DNA of 64,000 nucleotides, taken from NCBI GenBank assembly GCA_964016885.1, contig OZ024745.1, positions 61,876,001 through 61,940,000 of the forward strand, written 5' to 3'. The DNA comes from Eledone cirrhosa. Lineage: Eukaryota. Each line of letters begins with the position of its first letter. Position 1 is the stretch's first letter. The position numbers were made by a program, and so were the translations under genes. The notes beneath the pieces were generated by a model. The model was not told the DNA's origin. It ran no database searches and saw only the letters and a list, made by a program, of their open reading frames with translations. Positions 1 to 13,568 of the stretch are shown in pieces.

Positions 1-720
1 AAGACATTTTGCCTGGAGGCCTATTTCGCCAACAAATCATACACTGTAGTGCAAGCTAATTTTCGGAGACAGTTTCGGTATCGTCATGCTCCATTAAAAA
101 GCAGAATTTTTGACTGGGTATGGGACTGTGCAAAATCTTAATTCTAAAGGTCGGAGGGACACTTATCCTGGTCGGAGGGTGAGTGCTATTACAGAAAGGA
201 ACATTGATGCTGTACGGGAGTCAGTGGGGCGGAGCCCAAAGAAATCACTTCGACGATGCAGTCAAGAGATGTAAATCTCTCGAGAGTCTTTGAGGCGTGT
301 TCTGAAATCAGATCTTCATTTGTATCCTTATCATATCCAAATAAAGCACAAACTTACGGAGGTGGACATGGAAAAACGCGTAACCATATGCGAATGGGTT
401 TGTGACACAATCGCAGACAATGCAGACTTCTTGGATCATGTTTGGTTCTCTGACGAAGCGCACTTTCTGCTGTCAGGACATCTAAACAGCAAAAATAATG
501 TTTATTGCGGTACAGCCTCACCGGAGGATGTGTTACAGAGGCCGTTACACTTCCCAAAGTGCACAGCATGGGTAGCAATCTCTAAACATGGCATAATCGG
601 CCCATATTGGAGCATATTTTGGAAATAACATGACTTTTATGCACTGCGACCAAGATAACTGAAATTTTGGGGAATGATCCTACACAGACTGAAGTTTAAG
701 TCCAGCAAATGTCAAGGAAA
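1..720 (+). mobile_element. Degenerate, internally deleted Tc1/mariner-superfamily transposase (DUF4817-type HTH + DDE N-half); starts before the window
   Basis: From base 1: KTFCLEAYFANKSYTVVQANFRRQF..AP (HTH). ORF 290-628 has WFSDEAHFLLSG..NSKN...PLHFPKCTAWVAISKHGIIGPY. The sequence then jumps to a C-terminal EHILE* in another frame, consistent with an internal deletion. Confidence 0.85.
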
Positions 721-849
721 TTGCTGGAGCTGTGTAGAATTTAATAACATTTTTATGAGTTCTGTTTTGTTTTTCATGTATTCATCTCTGCATCGGAAGA
801 CGCTCGTAAATGTTTCTGATAATTCCTTGCTTTGTTATTAACTCGCAGG

Positions 850-915
<66 letters not shown>

Positions 916-1209
916 ATGCATAGCAGCATAGATTATTCTACTGATGTATTATTAAAGCAGTTGTCAACCACAAGCACACACGGGCTTCTTAACAGTTACT
1001 GATATGTCTGATTCCGGATGTTTATTGGATGTTCGATGCTTCGTGTATGGACAAAATTCCCGCAGATGAGTTTCTGCCAATTCGAATCATAGCTAATAAC
1101 TAGTAATTTTTATAAAATGCAATTAATAATTTTCCAGAATTGAAGTCACATGGCACGGCTAATTATCATATCGTTTAATGTCTCTATACTAATTTTAATG
1201 ATTACCCAA

Positions 1210-1273
<64 letters not shown>

Positions 1274-1689
1274 CCGTAACATCTGCATGTCTCAAAATAC
1301 GATGTTTTTTCTATGTCTAATGTTTTTTTCACAAGTTGTCATCTTGAGCAAGATTCTTTTATATAGAAGACCAGTTATCCCACCTCCGCAGGTTATTGAT
1401 TTGTCCAGGTGACAGGGAAAAGCCTAAATATTAGTACCAGTGCCGTCATAGGCATTACTCCCAGGACCGAATTTGCCGAAATAAATTACGCAAGGTATAA
1501 ACACTGCCAAGCTCTGTTTCTTGGAATATCAACCCCCGAAAAGATAAAAATTGTCTTTAGTGGGATTTGAACGCAGGGCGAAGAGATTACGTACAAATGT
1601 ACCAGGACAATTGACTTTGGCGATTGATCCACTGGAGAAGACACATATACATACACAGAAACATATATATACATATATATATACATATA

Positions 1690-1980
1690 TTCATACTGTT
1701 GGACCCCCTACGCCTCAGACGATGATTGCTCTAGTTGATTGAACAACAAAATAGCGGGATCAAGGAATTATGTGGGTGAATATTCCACACACATGCAATT
1801 GTCAGGGAGATTCAGCGTAACAAATGTGTCAAAATGTTTTCTTTTTTATTTACAGGTACAACTCATTTTTGGCAGCTGGGACATTTGGAGCAACATGAAA
1901 TAAATATCTTGCACAAGGAATCGAATTCATAACTTTAGCATTGTGAGCCGAATACCATAACAACTAAGTCAAGTGCCTTT
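1690..1980 (-). mobile_element. Degenerate tRNA-derived SINE (second family)
   Basis: acaggtacaactcatttttggcagctg..ggagcaacatgaaataaatatcttgcacaagga..atcgaattc; the reverse complement resembles the + copy at 33355-33550 (ttgaacaaaacacttcatttcacgttgctccag). Confidence 0.6.
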
Positions 1981-1997
1981 ACACACACCCACAAAAT

Positions 1998-2056
<59 letters not shown>

Positions 2057-2095
2057 TCATACATAAAAATATACAAATACACACTCACACGCATT

Positions 2096-2127
<32 letters not shown>

Positions 2128-2806
2128 CACCCACACACACACATATAAGGTTGTGTGTGCGTGCGTGTGCGTGTGGATTTATATATGTATGTGTGCATGC
2201 ATATAAACATTAACAATACAACTTCTTTCACAAATCAGAGTCTAGCAGACAGAGGAAGCTTGGCTTTTATGTGAAGAACTTCAAAAATTTAAATTTGCAT
2301 GTGTAATCTGAAACAGTCTTTCAAATATCATAAACATGCCATTTAATAGGCAATAACGAAGTTAATGTTTGTCGGCTGACATTTTTATGGATAGCTGCAC
2401 ACGTTTTATAATAGCCACCATACACAATTTTCTATAGAGAAATTAGCAGTACTACTAAAACTATTAGTATCACAATATCTACTTTATACAGCATATTACT
2501 TATCATTCTGTCGATTAACTATCTTTCTATAGAAAATGAACAATTTCTATTACTGAAATAGTTTTTTTAAACATGTAAACAAGCGCAAATAATCTCATAC
2601 ACGCCACCCACACATGCCTTAATCATGGCAATATACAAGTAAGATCAACTGCTCCTTCCGGACATAATTCTTCATCATTGTAAACCACAATGGAGAACTG
2701 ACGTTGATAGCTAGAAATTGTCTGTCAGTTAGAAATAAAATATAGCTTTCTCACCTCTTTTCTCTTTTGTCGGTAGATCTCTCACCTCTATTTCTATCTT
2801 GCTCTC

Positions 2807-3080
<274 letters not shown>

Positions 3081-5473
3081 AGTACACACACACACACACA
3101 CATATATATGTATATAAAAGCATGCGTGGTTGTGGGTTTCTGTGTGTGTATACTCAGAATTTTCGTGCAGCTTTCTGTATTTCTGTCAATGTGTTTTTTT
3201 TTTATCAATGTGCTTGCTGTTCAAGATAACATTTGAAATTATACATCAAAACATATCAAGGAAAGCATTGAAACATATTCTTTCGATGTTTAATAAGGTA
3301 TTTAAATTCTATTCCCAAATGCTCAACCTTCATAATGTTCACTAACATTCTGACATATACTGTAGTATATTTGTCGTAATATATTTTACAAATTTAGAGT
3401 AAAGTAGATTTTGAACATAAACTAACTAGCGGATTACTAAGAATAGAATAATTTATTTAATAAAGATTATAAAACAGAAAACATTTTAGTTGTAGAAAAG
3501 TTAAGGGGTGTTAGTACAGATAACAAAACCAATTCATGATATACATAATTCGTTTTTAATACGAACAAAATCATAGATTTCTTCAGAGCTGTTTGGCAGA
3601 ATTGTTTACAAATATTAACACAACACGCAGTTAGAAAATAAATAGTGTAAAATCATGACCATTTTGCATAAATATGCCTGTGAGAATGTACAAATTATTA
3701 ATGTGATTTACAAAGTGAAATGGAGAATGTTGGTAAAAAATGTTTCAACATATTCATTTGTTTATTTGTAAAGTGAATTACATATGTTTGTTGAAAGTCA
3801 ATAATATGTTTGTATCAAGTCAAATGCTGCAGAATTTTGTTGTGTGGTTTTTAATGCGCTATACTTATACACCAGCGAATCTTGTTTACGGGCTACAAGA
3901 GACAGAAAGTAGCATACTTTTTTTCTAAACTGGTCGAAATAGACAACGGAAATATTTCTCGTCCATATTAACGTGCTGAATGATCTGAGAGTGTTGAATG
4001 AGAGTCAATTCTGATCTGAGTTGTTCCTTACTAAATACCTATGACTGTTATCGAGAGAAAGAAACAAGCGAGAGCTAGTTAGTAGTTTGCGAATAATTGA
4101 ACTCCTCTTTAAATAACAAAGAATGATTTTTCTGAAAGAACGTATCGGTTAAAATTTCCAATCGGCCAAAATTCATGACTGTTTAGATTAACATAAATGA
4201 CAAAGTTAAGCCGAAATGTCGGCAATCGAAATAGTTTCACTACACATTTTTCAAATCCAAATATTTAGAAACCTAATCAATGACCAACCACTACCTGTCA
4301 CTTTGATATGCAAGAACCCCCCCTCCCCCACACAAAAACCAACAACAAAATAAAGTGTTATTTAACATGTTTATGGTTTCTAATCTTCCTACCTGAATAA
4401 CTCCTTAATTAATCATGCTTTGATGCATTTAAAATATTTGTAAATATGACAGAAAATAAAAAAAATGTAATGTCAATATAGTCTGGCTCAAAAATGGCGA
4501 CTGCAACTTGAATAAAAGGAAGCATCTTATATTTGTTTTTGCCTTCCGGTTATAGCAGCAAATGCACTTATCTTGTGACAGAGGCGAACGTTGGAAACAC
4601 ATATAATTCACTCCTGAATTCATTAGAGACAGCCACTTACTGAAGCATACTACAGAGTTTGAATAGTCTGAGGGAAAATGTATCTAATATTTGAATTACT
4701 TTATCAAGCCAATGTAAAATGAATATATTTTATTCATTGTAAATGCATAGTAACTAAAAAGTTAAAATAACTTACACGACCTCTCAATGGGTGAAATATT
4801 ATCAAACTATAAAAAGAAATATGCTAAATGTGCAAATATAAGGTAATAAAAAATGTAAAATAGTACATTTACTGAGTGTAGCATATTTACCTCAGTTGAT
4901 CATATATAAAGTTGCAATAAGTATGTTATACCTATATAATTCTATGTATGTATGAACGTATGAATGTGTGTATGCATACATAGCTTAATACATGCATATG
5001 GCGTGGGAGACTATTCATTAAATTTAAGTTGAATACAATATCCACAAGTAATGCCTCAACTACCAGCTTAGTTAAATAACTGGATATTTTTCTGATGATA
5101 TTCACTGCAATATCTATCTAGATATTGAATTCGCATTACAAGGATTTGCTACGAACAACGTAGCTACGCACAACAGCATCAACAACATTGAATTGAAGAA
5201 AAACAACAACGAGAAAGGTAAAAAGGATATTTTTTGTTGTAGTCACAGAAGGAATCGAAACTATAAATCAAAATTTTCCTAGAAATACGAACTCAATTAC
5301 GACCTATTTAATTGTTATAAAATGACAAAACGAGATCCCTTTGTTGATTATATGAACAGAATGAAGCTGCTCTGCAACGGACTTCACCCAGAGTTCAATT
5401 ATTTCACAGGGAAAGAATTATGCCAATGTGCAACGTTTATCGAACGTAAAAATAACACACATTATTTAAAAGA

Positions 5474-5655
5474 ATAATTGTTTCTACTATTAGCACAAGG
5501 CCAGAAATTACCCAGTACATTACTGGTACTTTATTTTATCGACCCCGTAAGGATGAAAGGCAAAGTTAACCTCAGCGGGATTTGAACTCAGAATGGCAAG
5601 GGCCGTAACTCTATGCGTCAAAGCATGGCGTCCGACCCTCTACCGATACTGCCAA
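5474..5655 (-). mobile_element. Meta-domain tRNA SINE copy
   Basis: Reverse complement has B box gagttcaaatccc, the gcctttcatccttacggggtcgataaaataaagtaccag core and the tagaaacaattat end. Confidence 0.9.
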
Positions 5656-6289
5656 AGAATAATGAAAATGTGTAACCCTTACAATACTAATACTAATTTA
5701 GGAATCTCCAGGATTGGACAAGCAATTGACACGTGTCACAACAGACTGCCGTGTTACTAGGTGTCCTTGTAGCCAGTTCACCCTTCAATAACAAATAACA
5801 TCCATTTACAAATAGTCTCTTGAAACTGCCATGCCGACGACAAATTTGACACCACGTGTCATAAACAACTTTACCTTGACTGCTGTTTCTCGCAGTCATG
5901 TTTGCCATCAACATCAATTTGATCACCAGTATTTGACTGTCGCATCATATTTCTCCGACAACATCTACGAAACACAAAGCGTAGAGGCCCATCTATAGAA
6001 CAAGTCTGACAATATGAGGCAGAATAACTTTATAAGAGTTGAAAGGGAGCTCCTTGAGAAATCATTATCTGCATGATAACTAAAACCGCACATTCAGACA
6101 AATTGCACAGCAGTACCATGATGATACAGTAAACACTAGTACGATGAGCTCATCATCAAATTTGTTTCATTTGCCATTGTTCAATTAAACCCTCATCCAG
6201 CATCAAGCTGACCAGGTTTGTTATATACTTATTTATTCACTTACCAATCTTGAATCCCCAGCTTCATGTTGTTCACAACAACATTCTGA

Positions 6290-7425
6290 TAGCATTCCCA
6301 GCCAACCCCGAGTGATGGTAACCACGCGGTACATGTGCTGGGGCTTAAGAAGTGATGCAATTGCAGAGACCCATCACTATGCCCCCTTAGTAATGAATGC
6401 ATGACGAAAAACGTAGTCTACATGTGCAAGGTCACAACACCTAACTCAGAACACCACTACATAGGATCCATTGCGACGAGCTTCAAAGATAGGTGGTATA
6501 ACCATCGCCATTCCTTTAACAGAATAGAAAAGAGGAAATGTACGGCCCATTTTGAATTGATCTGGAAGCTCAAACTTGAAAAGACCCGCACTATCTGGTC
6601 TGGTCCGTGGTTAGAAAGGTTCGCCCAGACAGAGGCGGGTCAAGTATTTGCAACCTCTGTCTTAGTGAGACACTCGAGATACTTCCTGGCGGTACCAAGC
6701 TATTAGACAGAAAGGCCGACTTATTCGGCGCCTGCAGACACCTAAGGACGGGATCTTTCCTTAAACTATATGGATAAACCTCGGTTATGGCCTCCCACAA
6801 CGCCCGCCCCCTGTAGGTCCCTTACAACCCGTACCAATGACCAATGACCAATGTACAACAACAACCACCCATAGTTTGTAGTCCCTACGGTGGATTGTCC
6901 ACCGGATCCTCTACTGGTTAGGAGTCAACAAAACCACGTTTATTGAACCTGAAGACCCCCCTCCCCGGAGTGTCCCATGCACGAAGAACAATTATCCCAA
7001 GGTACTAACCCTATACGCATGAATGAGTGCCTGCAACCGTGCATTGTGTGTGTATACTGGGATTACGTGAATGTACACACTCATGTGAACGCAACGAAAT
7101 ACTAATACCCCAGGTTGCATTTGAAAAATGTTCGAGTGTATTCTTAAGTGTATATTTGTATATGCTCTCTTGTATGAGTGCACATGTGTATATAGACATA
7201 TTCGCGCATCCAGAGGTATAAAAGTTTTGGTGGCTATATATGTCTGTACTAAGGGATTCGCCTAAGCTCCAAAGCCCCAAGCTATTGCTGTGAAGATATA
7301 TATCACAATCTACTTTTGTCTAGTCTAAACAATAACTTTTTTCAAACACCCACTTTACTTTTCTTTAAAAATAACACCCACCTAGTTTTATGTCTGCCTT
7401 ATACTTGGATTGGGGGCCTCTGTTG
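6290..7425 (+). mobile_element. 5'-truncated degenerate Naiad-type PLE: GIY-YIG endonuclease fragment plus probable 3' UTR
   Basis: CNCRDPSLCPLSNECMTKNVVYMCKV..HYIGSIATSFKDRWYNHRHSF..ELIWKLK, then a frameshifted CNLC motif (tgcaacctctgt). It is homologous to the C-terminus of the 62005 ORF and ends in (TA)n. Confidence 0.85.
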
Positions 7426-7509
7426 TATATATATATATGCACTTGTGCGTACATATATATATATATACACACCTGTATGGATTTGTGTGTGTAGATGTGT
7501 GTGTGTGTC

Positions 7510-7795
7510 CGAGGGGGTAGGTGTGAGTGTATGTACAAGTCAACCAACATAAGTCTTTTTATTTCTAAAATTTTTAAACTTTCTAAGTATTTGACTCTAA
7601 CCGTAATTTTCAGTAATATCACCCCACATAAATTCCTCAATTTGTATGTGTGGATGTGTGTGTGTGTGTGTCTGTGGGGGTGGGTGTGAGTGTATGTACA
7701 AGTCAAGCAACATAAGTCTTTTTATATGTAAATTTTCTAGTATTCTACTCTAACCATAATTTTCAGTGGTACCACCCCACATAAATTCCTCAATT
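7510..7795. repeat. Diverged tandem duplication (~165 bp period)
   Basis: gtgtgagtgtatgtacaagtcaa..aacataagtcttttta..ctctaacc..aattttcagt..caccccacataaattcctcaattt occurs twice. Confidence 0.85.
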
Positions 7796-8571
7796 TAAGA
7801 ATGACCTGTAGTATCGAATTTCATACTATAAACCTCAATTAAATATATATCTGACCAGGAATGATTTTTGTGAAAATATGTGATATGGAACTATTGTCAT
7901 CTTGCTGACGGTTTGAACTTTACAACACCACCTGCCTCTTTGAGGTCAAATACCAACCCTACTAGCATCTACAAACTGACCAATGAGAATTAAGATTATT
8001 CCTGCTGGCAACAGTAAATTATTCCTAACAAGCTCATATGTCCCAAGGCTCTGATACCATCAACACCATAAACAGAGAGCTGGCATATCTAAGAACTGAC
8101 TAACTGCCTGATATACAACTAGGTGGCTATCATCGAAATATATATAGCAGTAAATAAAGGATTATGAGTTCATGCAATTGACTTATGTTTCGTCTCCCTT
8201 TTTGGCATATTTTGGCAGTGGACCTTTTGGTTATCGCGTTGAGCTCTATTGATGAACGGTTCCAACTCTGACTAATCCCACTGAAAAGTTTCGTGAAATA
8301 GTCTTTTTAAGACTATATAGAGCATTTGTAGTTTTTCCAAATTGAAGGATGAGTATTTTAACTTTATTTTATTCTGAGTTAAGACTCTATTGGTGTTTCG
8401 CTGGATTTCACAAAATCTGTGGATAAAATCCCTGTCTTGATTTTTTTTAAATTGAGTTTGAATTATTTTCCCATATCTGACGTTAATTATTTTCCATTTT
8501 GACGTTATAGTCACTTATATATTATGAAATACTGTTGGCTTCTTGCTCACATTAATTTCTATATTTTCATT

Positions 8572-8602
<31 letters not shown>

Positions 8603-8607
8603 TATAT

Positions 8608-8680
8608 ATAAATTGGAGTGAAAGCAATTGGTGTGTGTATTTCTTATTGGCAACATGACCCTCCCAAAGTATAACAATAT
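8608..8680 (+). mobile_element. Short 3' terminus of PLE family A (...ggcaacatgaccctcccaaagtataacaata) inside (TA)n
   Basis: Nearly identical to the termini at 9455, 24839, 25900-25971, 58817 and 59255. Confidence 0.85.
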
Positions 8681-8796
8681 ATATATATACACACACACAC
8701 ATATATATATATAAGAAAATGAGGTTTATTTTTAAAAATGAAAAAATAACGAGATGTTCTACACGAGTGAAAATATAAGGAAACGAAATCCCAAAT

Positions 8797-9008
8797 GAAT
8801 ATTTATTTGTTTCCTTTACCGGTTTCACAGTTCTTATGCTTTTCAAAAGTAGAATTGAGGTGGAGGCTTTCTGGTTTTTCTCGCATGCGAGAAATCCTCC
8901 AGAAACCCTCCATTTCGCATGCGACAAAAAAGAGAAAGCCTCCATCTCAATTCTACTTTTGAAAAGCATAAGAACTGTGAAACCGGTAAAGGAAATAAAT
9001 AAATATTC
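8797..9008. repeat. Fold-back element (~100 bp arms), each arm with an HHR-like motif (U3:A8 core)
   Basis: Arms 8797-8895 and 8912-9008 are near reverse complements. The + arm reads ctt-TTGAAAA-gca-taagaac-tgt-GAAA-ccgg-TA-aag (8956-8991). Confidence 0.8.
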
Positions 9009-9050
9009 TTTAAAAGACTCCAGTTCCATTTTCGATTTTTTCCCTTACAC

Positions 9051-9201
<151 letters not shown>

Positions 9202-9314
9202 CACCTATATATATATATGTATATATATATATATGACACATATATATATGTATATATATATATATATATGACACATATATATATGTATATATATATATAT
9301 ATATGACACATATA

Positions 9315-9442
<128 letters not shown>

Positions 9443-9454
9443 ATATATATATAT

Positions 9455-9911
9455 ATTGTTATACTTTGGGAGGGTCATGTTGCCAATAAGAAACACACGC
9501 ACCAGTAGCTTTCACTCCAATTTATTTTAAATTAAATTATAAATAAAAAAAAAATTATTAATTTCCGGTTGGTTGGTTGGTTCCATCACCGGACGGTTGT
9601 TCAAATATTGTCAAAGTTCTTTCGTCACACATTCTGTGACCTCATCATTGACCGAGGATTCTTTTCTTTATTTTGTGCCTCTTCTTTGTTCTGTCCTACG
9701 CCATCTTGTTTGTGTGTGTGTTGTGTGCTTAGTTTGCGTATGTGTTACATCCGGGTAAAAACACACACAGACTCCCGGATGTAACACATGCGCAAACTAA
9801 GCACACAACACACACAAAAACAATATGGCGTAGGACAGAACAAAGGAGAGGCACAAAACAAAGAAAAGAAACCCCGGTCACTGATGAGGTCACAGAATGT
9901 GTGACGAAAGA
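9455..9911. mobile_element. Family A PLE pseudo-LTR with an inverted second copy (truncated on the right by another element)
   Basis: Left arm (-) starts at (TA)n ttgttatactttgggagggtcatgttgcc. It folds at catccgggt...ctcccggatg (~9749-9781). The right arm ends inside the HHR. Confidence 0.8.
9610..9652 (-). ncRNA. Minimal type I hammerhead (C3A variant); a second, truncated copy at 9877-9911 (+) has an intact CUGAUGA
   Basis: gtca-ATGATGA-g-gtcaca-gaatg-tgtgac-GAAA-gaac-TT-tgac. Confidence 0.7.
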
Positions 9912-10342
9912 CTGACTTCATTTGTAGTGTTAAATAATTTGATTTAATTTTCTAATATTATAATATTATGAGTTGGTAGATCTAGTAAGTTCTTTGTTAA
10001 CTTCGGTGGGAAGAATTTTAAAGAATCCTGGTTAACTCTGTTGGAGAACTTTTTCACATCCGTCGGTGGCGATTGTCAAACTGAGACAGGTTGTGTTGAG
10101 ATGTGTGACTATATATAAGAGAGATTTGAGTGTGTCTGGGGTGTGGGCTGGGGAGTTAATAAGTGTTGATGAAGATTTGGAGGAATTAAAGCATACACAC
10201 ACATACACGCACACACACACATACACACACACATTTGTTAAAAATGTGTTGTTGATATTGGTTTGGGAGAGGAAGTGTGGGTGGGTGAATGGGTGGGGGG
10301 GGGGGCATGCTAGCTCACATATTCACTTCCCTATATGTAAAT

Positions 10343-10530
10343 ATAATTGTTTCTACTTTTGGCACAAGGCCAGCAATTACTCAGTACATTACTGGTACTT
10401 TATTTTATCGACCCCGTAAGGATGAAAGGCAAAGTTAACTTCTGCGGGATTTGAACTTAGATCGTAAAGGGACGTAACTAAGCTGGAAAGCATTCCGACC
10501 CTCTACCGATACTACCAATTCACCACCCTC
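10343..10530 (-). mobile_element. Meta-domain tRNA SINE copy
   Basis: Same consensus as the 51289 copy; flanked by ctatatgtaaatataatt on both sides (TSD-like). Confidence 0.9.
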
Positions 10531-10805
10531 GCTATATGTAAATATAATTACAGTCCATATACATTACATACATACACACACACACACACACATATATAAA
10601 TATATATATACACACATACCCACACACACATATATACACATACATATATACACACACATGCATACGCACATATATACACATACATACACACACATATATA
10701 CACCCACATATATATATATACACATACGTACCCACATGCATACACCCACACATACATGTACATAAAGACACACATATATATATATACATATATACACACG
10801 CACAA

Positions 10806-10848
<43 letters not shown>

Positions 10849-11234
10849 CATACACATATATATATACACACACATACACACATATATATCACACATATGC
10901 ACGTGCATACATACACATATATACACACACACACATATGCACACAGGCATATAAACATGTAAACACATATCTGTATACCTACAGGCATATATATAAAAAA
11001 ACACATCTATACATACATATATGAACACACATCTACTCAAGTGTTTAAGTTCACATATACATTGCTGTGGGGAAGCGGCAATTAATGAAATGTTACTGTA
11101 CCTTTGAGTGTTTTTCTTCTCTTCAGCGATCGAATGTTTGAAAGTACGGGTGTCATCAACTATTTTTCTTTTTCAATATGAGATTTTTTAAAGAAAAGAG
11201 AGGGGGAGAATCCCGTTACTTGAAGATGGAATAT

Positions 11235-12371
11235 CACTTTTTTGTGTTCAGTAGTGGTTTGTATTTTCTAATAAAGAATTCTTCTTTATATTTTCGGAAA
11301 TGTCCGTTGTCTTAAAGAAGGGGAAAATTGTGAAATTTTCACTGCATGTGGTGTTTCTGACAGAGGGGTCTCTAATTTGTTGTTTATGTACTCGAACTCA
11401 GTCATATAGACCCATTCCGGTTTCACCAATGTAGTATTCTTTACATTGTGGGTAGATTGTACATTAAATCAAGTTTTTAGTTTTGCAATTCATGTTTGCA
11501 TTAACTGTGAAAGACTGGTTGTTTTTAAAGGAGATTTATCCACCCTCTTCAATGTGTTCGCAAGTTCTGCATCGAGGGTCCCCGCATTTTTTAACTTGCA
11601 TTGCTTCATTATTAGAGGGTCGGACGCCATGCTTTCTAGCATAGTTACGTCCTTTTATGGTCAGAGTTCAAATCCCGCCGAGGTTAACTTTGTCTTTCAT
11701 CTTTACGCGGGTCGATAAAATAAAGTACCAGTAATACACTGGGATAATTGCTGGCCTTGTGCCAAAAGTAGAAACAATTATTAGACATAAAGTTTGCCTT
11801 GGTAAGCAGTTTCTTTAGGTTGGGTGCTTGGCGTCTACTATATATAATTTGTGCGTCTTTTATGAGTGCATTCATTTTAGGGGATTGCTGGAGAACCGGG
11901 AGATATTGTTTGGCGGCTTTCCCAATGTTAAAGTTCCTTGGACTGTGAGTGATGACAAAAGGGATAACTGTTTTTTCCATTCTATTTTGTTGCTTTGTTT
12001 TTCTCAGTGTTGTCACTGGGATGTTCTGGGCTTTAGAGATGGCTGTGTTGATGAGGTTCATCGGATATTCTTGTCTTTTAAAGAACTCTTTTAATTGATA
12101 TAATCTTTTTTCCTGTAATATGGTACAGATGCGTCTTGCCATGTTAAAAGGAATGTTCCTTTTGGTATGTGATGGGTGTGCCGAACGGAAATTGAAGTAT
12201 TGGTGTGTGTCTGTTGGTTTGTAAAATAAGTCCATTTTGATATTTCCCCTTCCTTAATGATAAGGATATCCAGAAATGGTAGTTCCTTTTTATTACATTC
12301 CATGGTGAATTTTATTTCTTCGTGAAGATTGTTTATGTATGATGGAATGGAATCTTTGCAGGTCTTCTTGT
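11235..12371 (-). pseudogene. Degenerate Neptune-like PLE: RT thumb + GIY-YIG, frameshifted and interrupted by a SINE
   Basis: INNLHEEIKFTME..LPFLDILI / DLFYKPTDTHQYFNFRSAHPSHTKRNIPF..RQAPNLKKLLTKA..KKCGDPRCRTC..QCKEYYIGETG..RVHKQQIR..FIRKYKPLLN. Confidence 0.9.
11617..11780 (+). mobile_element. 5'-truncated Meta-domain SINE inserted into the PLE ORF, TSD attattaga
   Basis: Removing the SINE and one TSD restores the reading ANFMSNNEAMQVKKCGDPRC. Confidence 0.9.
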
Positions 12372-13134
12372 CATGCCCCCCCCCCCCCACACTTCCTTTC
12401 CCAAACCAATATCAACAACACATTTTTGACAAATGTTCCAAAACTATCCTTCTTTTCTCTTTTTACTGTCATCCCCTTCTTATCAAAAGACATGTATCTT
12501 ACACCTCATTAAAATCCAGACGCACACCTAAATTCATCTTTGATATAGAAATTTGTAGAAGATATTCTTTATAAATTTAAGAGAATTGATTCAGCTATAA
12601 TAAACGAATTTGAAAAGCACCCTGCCATTAGATACTCATCAAAGGTCAACTAATGAAATAAAACCAGCAGGAGGGGATGTTTACAACCACCTTCCCAAAC
12701 GCCCTTATCTTAATGCCAACCTCACCATTTTCTGAGTGTATATACGTGTATGTGTGTGTGTGCGTGTATGTGTGTGTATGCTTTAATTCCTCCAAATCTT
12801 CATCAACACTTATTAACACCCCAGCTACACCCCAGACACACTCAAATCTCTCTTATATATAGTCACACATCTCAACACAACCTGTCTCAGTTTGACAATC
12901 GCCACCGACGAATGTGAGAAAGTTCTCCAACAAAGTTAACCAGGAATCTTTAAAATTCTTCCCACCGAAGTTAACAAAGAACTTACTAGATCTACCAACT
13001 CATAATATTATAATTTTAGAAAATTAAATCAAATTATTTAACACTACAAGTGAAGTTAGTCTTTTCCTTTTTTTCAAATATTTCTAACTGTACCTAGGAT
13101 CTCATTTTCCAATCTGTATATATATATATATATA

Positions 13135-13502
13135 TATTGGAAAATGTGTGTAATCCTTGGTACAGTTAGGTATATTAAGATAGGGGGGAAGAAAAAATGG
13201 CTTCACTTGTGCTTTCAACAAATTTATTTTCTTCACAAAATCCCAAAAGAATTTTTCTTAAAAAAAATTATTTTATAAATTAAGTTGTTGGTTGTTGGTT
13301 AGGTCTTAGGAGTTCTTGGTTAACGTCGGAGGTATTGTTTCGTTTTTAGAAAGACCTTTCACGCTGAGGTGCGCTTGTCAGTTTGACAACCAACAACTTA
13401 ATTTATAAAATAATTTTTTTTAAGAAAAATTCTTTTTGGATTTTGTGAAGAAAATAAATTTGTTGAAAGCACAAGTGAAGCCATTTTTTCTTCCCCCCTA
13501 TC

Positions 13503-13510
<8 letters not shown>
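13135..13510. mobile_element. Fold-back PLE 3' end (related to family B) between (TA)n tracts
   Basis: Arms ~13172-13297 and ~13387-13510 are inverted. The terminus ctaactgtaccaaggattacacattttccaa resembles 13084-13112. An HHR-like CTGACAA-gcgc-acctca-gcgt-GAAA-ggtc-TT lies on the - strand at ~13350-13381. Confidence 0.75.

Positions 13511-13568
<58 letters not shown>

Larger units (their letters stand above)
9907..13064. repeat. Long-range inverted repeat: arm 9907-10310 versus 12372-12435 + 12743-13064 (PLE 3' UTR family B)
   Basis: High-identity reverse-complement match, e.g. gagttggtagatctagtaagttctttgttaacttcggtggg / cccaccgaagttaacaaagaacttactagatctaccaactc. The right arm has an extra ~300 bp and continues to (TA)n at 13118. 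Confidence 0.85.

Noticed and set aside
5700-6120. Possible Gypsy integrase remnant (PGLDKQL..V..C)
   Set aside because: Only a faint motif resemblance with many stops; cannot be supported without a profile search.
6353-6355. In-frame TGA just before CNCR in a Naiad-type fragment (selenocysteine?), with a weak AUGA..AA..GA SECIS-like pattern at ~7019-7065
   Set aside because: The TGA aligns to a non-Cys position (N in the 62005 ORF) and the copy is frameshifted. CGA-to-TGA decay is simpler, and the putative SECIS helix pairs poorly. SECISearch3 on the family consensus would settle it.
7930-8520. Possible LINE endonuclease/linker remnants
   Set aside because: Too degenerate to assign.
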